A stretch of DNA of 21,450 bases from Candidatus Zixiibacteriota bacterium (lineage in GTDB: Bacteria > Zixibacteria > MSB-5A5 > GN15 > FEB-12): positions 1 to 21,450 of the forward strand of contig JBGSIV010000280.1 in NCBI GenBank assembly GCA_041742355.1, read 5' to 3'. This document shows, one piece after another, positions 16,788 to 21,450 of this stretch. Both the position numbers and the translations under genes were made by a program. A model generated the notes under the pieces. The model saw only the letters and a program-made list of their open reading frames with translations. It was not told the origin of the DNA and did not search any database. Numbering within the stretch: the first letter of the stretch is position 1; the number at the start of each line of letters is the position of its first letter.

Positions 16788-17582
16788 TTATGTGAGGGGA
16801 AGCGATAGTATCTCCGCACTTGCCGAACTCCCCAGCCGTGTTGCCCCCGCCTCAATCATCCGAACGCAATCCTCGGCCGTCCGAATCCCCCCCGAGGCCT
16901 TCACCTCGACTCTGCCCTCAACCGCCGCAAACAGCGTTCGTACCTGCTCCGCTGTCGCCCCGCCGAAGAAACCCGTCGATGTCTTGACAAACTGCGCCCC
17001 GCCCTCGATCACTGCTCGCGTCGCCGCCGCCATCTGAGCAGGGGAAAGCAACCCCGCTTCAATTATCACCTTGAGCACAACACCGTACTCGATCGCAGCC
17101 TTGTCCGCGAGCCCGGCATCGTTCTTGATCGCATCATTGTGGGGGGGATCAACATTGTAGGGGAGAGCAACGATGTGGGGGAGAGCATCCCGTACCGCCC
17201 GTATCTCCCGCGCCACCTCCGCCATCCGCCCATCGAGTATCCACCCGATATTCGCCACCATGTCGATTTCGTGCGCCCCGTCCACCACCGCCCGCACCGC
17301 CTCATCGACCTTAACTTCCGTCCGGTTCGCCCCCAGCGGAAACCCCGCCACACTGGCAATCCGCACCGAGGACACCCTGAGCGGAGTCGACTGGCGACCT
17401 TCCTCCGTTCCCGCCAACTCCTCCCGACACCTCGCCACCCACACCGGATTGACACATACCGCAAACAACTCATACTCGACTGCTTCCTGGCACAGCCGCA
17501 CAATATCTGCTTCGGTTGTTTCCGGCTTGAGCGCCGCATGGTCAAACCGCCGGTTGAGATCTATGAGCGCTGAATCCATCAT
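16788..17582 (-). CDS. deoC: Deoxyribose-phosphate aldolase carrying two in-frame insertions
   Basis: DHAALKP, AVCVNP, VAGFPLGA, GAHEIDMV, LKVIIE, FVKTSTGF, VKASGGIRT, GATRLGSS; directly downstream of deoB. Confidence 0.95.
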   Translation of the reverse strand: MMDSALIDLNRRFDHAALKPETTEADIVRLCQEAVEYELFAVCVNPVWVARCREELAGTEEGRQSTPLRVSSVRIASVAGFPLGANRTEVKVDEAVRAVVDGAHEIDMVANIGWILDGRMAEVAREIRAVRDALPHIVALPYNVDPPHNDAIKNDAGLADKAAIEYGVVLKVIIEAGLLSPAQMAAATRAVIEGGAQFVKTSTGFFGGATAEQVRTLFAAVEGRVEVKASGGIRTAEDCVRMIEAGATRLGSSASAEILSLPLT

Positions 17583-17589
17583 TTCTCGA

Positions 17590-17830
17590 GTAGGTCAGGC
17601 CGCTTACGGCCTGACTTTGATCCAAACGAACTCTGAGAAATTGTCATCCCGGGCTTGACCCGGGATCCAGTCTTCTGCCTTTGTGTCACGGGCAAGCCCC
17701 TCGTGTCCGTGCCTCCTAACCAAATTATCGCCGTAGGTCAAATCCCCTTTGCCGCCGCCTCATTGAACTGCCACTGCTTCGCGCGACATCCCGTATCAAT
17801 CCACATCCGCCGCTTCGAGGGATTTGACCT
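17590..17830 (+). repeat. REP-like mosaic cluster 6, between deoC and deoB
   Basis: GTAGGTCAGGCCGCTTACGGCCTGAC at 17590-17615; GTCATCCCGGGCTTGACCCGGGATCCAG at 17643-17670; GTAGGTCAAATCCC...GGGATTTGACCT at 17733-17830. Confidence 0.88.
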
Positions 17831-17834
17831 CCAC

Positions 17835-19016
17835 CTACCCCCCCACCTCCCCCGCAAACGACCTCCCCGCCCCCAACCCCTTCACCCCAAACAGATCCGC
17901 CACCGTCGCCGCCACATCCGCCATCGTCTCCCGCGTCCCCAGATTCACTCCCCCCGGCATCATCCGCCGATACACTATGAGCGGCACATACTCCCGCGTA
18001 TGATCCGTGTGTTTCACATACGTCGGATCACACCCATGATCTGCCGTGATAAACAGAAGATCCGTATCCCGCATTACCCCCAGCAACTCCTCCAGCCCCC
18101 GATCAAACTCCTCCAGCGCCTTCGCAAAATTCCCCGGATCCCTTCGGTGCCCCCACGCCTGATCGAAATCGACCAGATTGATAAACAACAGCGCGTGCTT
18201 TCTGTCCTTCCGCACCAGCTCGATCGTCCTGCGCATCCCGTCGTGATTGCTCTCAGTCTTCACGTGACTGCTCATCCCGCGTTCGGCGAACAGATCCCAG
18301 ATCTTTCCCACCGCATATGTCCTGTGTCCCGCTTCCACCATCACATCGAGAATCGTCTTGCCCCCCGGCGGCAGCGAAAAATCTCTGCGCCTCGGCGTCC
18401 GCGTGAAATTCCCCGGCTCACCCACAAACGGTCGCGCAATGACTCGTCCCACCGCATGTTCCCCGGTCAGCATATCCCTTGCAATCTGACACAACTCATA
18501 CAACCGCTCGATAGGGAAGAGGCTCTCGTGCGCCGCCATCTGCCAGACCGAATCCGCCGAGGTATACAGTATCACCGCCCCCGTCCGCAAATGCTCCTCG
18601 CCCAGCTCATCGAGAATCACCGTTCCCGAGGCCGCCTTGTTCCCGATCGTCTTCACCCCGGCCCGACGCTCCAACTCGGCCACCAGTCCCTCGGGAAACC
18701 CGCTTGGATACGTCGGAAACGGCGTCGGCGTAATCACGCCGCCGATCTCCCAGTGCCCTGTGGTCGAATCCTTCCCGGCCGACACCTCGGCCATCTTCCC
18801 GTACGCCCCCACCGGCCGCTCCACCGGCGGCACCCCTCTGATCGGCACGATATTCCCCAGCCCCAGACGTTGACACGCCGGCATCCGCAGCCCTCCGACC
18901 GCTTCGGCGCAGTGCGGGATCGTGCTCGCCCCCTCGTCGTCGTACGTCGCCGCATCAGGAAGCGCCCCGACTCCGCACGCATCAATCACCAGTATGATCG
19001 CTCGTTTAGTATCCAT
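17835..19016 (-). CDS. deoB: Phosphopentomutase
   Basis: LVIDACGVGALPDA, SAGKDSTTGHWE, YTSADSV.QMAAHE, GRVIARPF, NLVDFD..WGHRRD, ITADHGCDP, TDHTREYVP. Confidence 0.96.
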   Translation of the reverse strand: MDTKRAIILVIDACGVGALPDAATYDDEGASTIPHCAEAVGGLRMPACQRLGLGNIVPIRGVPPVERPVGAYGKMAEVSAGKDSTTGHWEIGGVITPTPFPTYPSGFPEGLVAELERRAGVKTIGNKAASGTVILDELGEEHLRTGAVILYTSADSVWQMAAHESLFPIERLYELCQIARDMLTGEHAVGRVIARPFVGEPGNFTRTPRRRDFSLPPGGKTILDVMVEAGHRTYAVGKIWDLFAERGMSSHVKTESNHDGMRRTIELVRKDRKHALLFINLVDFDQAWGHRRDPGNFAKALEEFDRGLEELLGVMRDTDLLFITADHGCDPTYVKHTDHTREYVPLIVYRRMMPGGVNLGTRETMADVAATVADLFGVKGLGAGRSFAGEVGG

Positions 19017-19773
19017 ATCCGAAAAGTAGACGGGGGAGAGGCGCTTGTAAACGAAAAAGGCGGATTCCTGCGTAGGTCAAACACGGCTCTGCGTGTTTGA
19101 CATTGCCTCTTGTAGGGCCGGAGTCCAACGGCTCCTGCCGTCGAACTAAACAAACGTTGAGAAATTGTCATCCCGGGCTTGACCCGGGATCCAGTCCTCT
19201 GTCTTTGTGCCACCACCACGCCTTGCATGTCCGTGCAGACCCGTAGGTCGCGGTTCCGAGGGGCTTTAGCCCCGAGAAACCCGACATCGTCACCCAACCA
19301 GCCCGCTGGCTATGAGCGGAGTCGAACGGTGGCGAAACGGTCAAACACGACTCGGCATATTTGCCGTGCTGACGACATCGATCTCCCGTAGGTCAGGCCG
19401 CTTGCGGCCTGACATCGCCATCATTCGCCCGAACTCCGGTTGACACATCCAGTACCGTCATGCGGAGACACCCAACCGTCATGCTGAGCGGAGTCGAAGC
19501 ATGACGGCATTCCCGGTTCCGCAGGATCTACCCGGTTCCGCAGGGTCTTGCGCGACTCCAAGCGGAGCGAGGAGAGGCGTGTGACCCTGCGGAACGTACG
19601 CGGCCCGCGGGCGTGCGCGGCAGATGTCCACATCTGCCGCGTAGGGGCCGTAGGGCAAATCCCTTCTACCGCCGCTCACTCTCTATCCGACCGTCCGACT
19701 ATCGGTAACCTCCTATCAACTCCCACCGCTCCGAGGGATTTGACACGGAGGGACGGAGCCACTACCCGCCCAC

Positions 19774-19801
19774 AAAAAAACCGGGCGCAACACGCGCCCG
19801 G
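19774..19801 (-). terminator. Second identical copy of the 20140-20167 terminator
   Basis: On - strand CCGGGCGC-GTGTT-GCGCCCGG-TTTTTTT. Confidence 0.7.
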
Positions 19802-20139
19802 TCAAATCCCTTCCACCGCCGCTCACTCTCTATCCGAACGTCCGACTATCGGTAACCTCCAACCAACTCTCACCGCTCCGAGGGATTTGACAACGGTCTG
19901 ACATTCGGGGGGAGCGTCCTTGTGCCGCGGACTCGCCCCGCGTGTCCGTGCGTGGTACCGGGGCCGCCCAAGGCCGCCCCGCACGCTGAAATCCAACTCC
20001 TGTGTCCCTGGGCCGTAGGTCAAATCCCTTCTACCGCCGCTCACTCTCTATCCGACCGTCCGACTATCGGTAACCTCCAATCAACTCCCACCGCTCCGAG
20101 GGATTTGACACGCGGGGGGCGGTGCGACAACCCGCCCAC

Positions 20140-20167
20140 AAAAAAACCGGGCGCAACACGCGCCCGG
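20140..20167 (-). terminator. Rho-independent terminator of the 20195-21043 gene
   Basis: On - strand CCGGGCGC-GTGTT-GCGCCCGG followed by 7 T, 27 nt after the stop. Confidence 0.85.
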
Positions 20168-20194
20168 CTGATTATCATTCCTCTGTAATTCCCC

Positions 20195-21043
20195 TCACTG
20201 CACCGTCGACCGCTCCACCAACGCAAAATCCACATCCGACTCAACCAGCAACTTATATGCCTCGGTCTTTCCCTTCTTCGTCGACTTGTGATCTCCTTCG
20301 ATTATCCAGCGCTCCCGCTGCAGCACCACCATCCCCTCTTTGTAGGCGAAATACATCTTGCCCGTCGTATGAATGCGCTCGACACCGATGGACGTAATGC
20401 TGTCGCTGGGGGAGGGCTCAATCGGAATGATCAAGTTGCCGTCGACCTCAATCAGCGCACAATCATACCCCGCCTCACGCACCAGCGCCGTCAGCTTATA
20501 GGTCGACTTCGCTTCCATCGTCTGATCCGGCATAATCACCTTGGAGGTCTGCGTCCACGAAAACCCGGGCGAAATCTCACCCGATGGAAACACCGGCATC
20601 CCCTGCTCCATGAAATTCTTGATATAGGCACGGTTTGTCTCGTTCGATTCATCGACAAACTGCACATCCAGAATGTCGCCGTCCGGCCGAACCGTCACCA
20701 GCATCGTCCGCTGGTGGCTGACCGTATCAATTACCGTCGTATCCCCCTTCGAAGGCCGGGCATAGGACCAGCTGTCGGTCTCGCGAATTACCGCCGTGCT
20801 GTCGGCGCGGACTTCTTCGACCGCCTGCACCACACTGAGCACATACTTGTTGTTTGATTTCTCTATGACAGAATCGCCGACAACCACGCGGGCGTTCCGC
20901 TGCATGTCCTGGTGGTAAACCAGCTTCAGGCCGGGTGTATACTTGTAACGCAGGACAATCGTCTTTTCCCCCTGCTCGCAGGCGACCAGAATGGCCGATC
21001 CGATCAAGATGACTGCGAACAGGCTGGCGGTTAATTTCTTCAA
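20195..21043 (-). CDS. Hypothetical beta-rich lipoprotein
   Basis: TTG start after GAAGGAG; MKK + hydrophobic stretch + LVAC lipobox; LRYKY.PG and P.FP...I.PG.SW motifs. Confidence 0.85.
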   Translation of the reverse strand: MKKLTASLFAVILIGSAILVACEQGEKTIVLRYKYTPGLKLVYHQDMQRNARVVVGDSVIEKSNNKYVLSVVQAVEEVRADSTAVIRETDSWSYARPSKGDTTVIDTVSHQRTMLVTVRPDGDILDVQFVDESNETNRAYIKNFMEQGMPVFPSGEISPGFSWTQTSKVIMPDQTMEAKSTYKLTALVREAGYDCALIEVDGNLIIPIEPSPSDSITSIGVERIHTTGKMYFAYKEGMVVLQRERWIIEGDHKSTKKGKTEAYKLLVESDVDFALVERSTVQ

Positions 21044-21069
21044 CGTAGATATCTCCTTCTCAAGCTGAT

Positions 21070-21450
21070 TTACGATTCCCCGGGGAGGTTTGTTCGGGAG
21101 AACTCGGGAAACGCAGAAAATCTGCCCAGCAGGCCGGGGCTGCCCAGGAGCATCATCCCCTGCGCAATCCGCAACTGATCCGCCTGCGTGAACACCGCCG
21201 ACGCGTCCTCGCCCACCAACTGCCTGACATCCGCCGTCGCGAGCACCGGCGATGTCCGGCTTATCAGCCGCACCTGCTGCGTGTCGTCGCTGGAACCGAT
21301 ATAAATCGCCCCGAACAAGAGCGCCAGCGACGCCGCCACCGACAGCACCGCCCGCACCAGCGCCCAGCGCTTGCCGGACTGACCGTCCGATTCGCCGTCG
21401 GATGAACCGGCGGAATCCGCCTCGCTTCCCACCGTACGGGCGAGAATGAG
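21070..21450 (-). CDS. 3' part of a single-TM membrane protein (5' end outside the window); possibly anti-sigma-factor-like
   Basis: Frame is open to the window edge (LILARTVGSE...); TM segment WALVRAVLSVAASLALLFGAIYIG; stop 26 nt before the next start. Confidence 0.6.
   Translation of the reverse strand, partial: LILARTVGSEADSAGSSDGESDGQSGKRWALVRAVLSVAASLALLFGAIYIGSSDDTQQVRLISRTSPVLATADVRQLVGEDASAVFTQADQLRIAQGMMLLGSPGLLGRFSAFPEFSRTNLPGES

Larger units (their letters stand above)
19072..20167 (+). repeat. REP-like mosaic cluster 7 (about 1.1 kb)
   Basis: GTAG hairpins at 19072, 19112, 19243, 19388; GTCATCCCGGG hairpin at 19167; GTCATGCTGAGCGGAGTCGAAGCATGAC at 19478; long GA hairpin at 19535-19595; hairpin at 19616-19641; three ~92-95-bp CAAATCCC...GGGATTTGAC units at 19650-19744, 19800-19891, 20015-20109. 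Confidence 0.92.

Noticed and set aside
15130..16800. Direct repeats (att or target-site duplication) bounding the low-GC insert
   Set aside because: Only a 7-bp TGAGGGG match was seen, which is not significant
19650..20109. CRISPR-like array
   Set aside because: Units are about 95 bp, spacing is irregular, spacers are partly duplicated and no cas genes are present

Overview
GC-rich, diderm-type bacterial chromosome segment whose + strand is visibly C-rich in genes of both orientations. Genes: PP-loop tRNA sulfurtransferase-like protein (-); mlaE-mlaF-mlaD plus a lipoprotein (+); DUF2892-like membrane protein (-); APC amino-acid permease (-); small His/Cys protein, TolB/PD40-repeat protein and STAS/SpoIIAA-like protein (+); YprA/MrfA-type DEAH helicase with a DUF1998-type C-terminus (-); a Cys-rich microprotein coupled to an archaemetzincin homologue with a degenerate catalytic motif (-); a two-gene lower-GC insert (+); deoB-deoC (-); a lipoprotein and a truncated membrane protein (-). 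Seven intergenic spacers are packed with mosaics of REP-like palindromes (GTAG-tagged and GTCA-started families). They show compensatory base changes, lie almost entirely on the + strand, and several families are built from tandem G.A mismatches and GNA triloops. No transposase is visible. Best leads: (1) an apparently stand-alone ~100-nt multi-stem RNA at 738-838 with its own promoter-like sequence and terminator; (2) the strand-polarised hairpin repeat system, including an in-frame fragment inside deoC and a duplicated host terminator; (3) the pseudo-archaemetzincin/Zn-finger microprotein pair. All family names come from motif recognition, not database searches.
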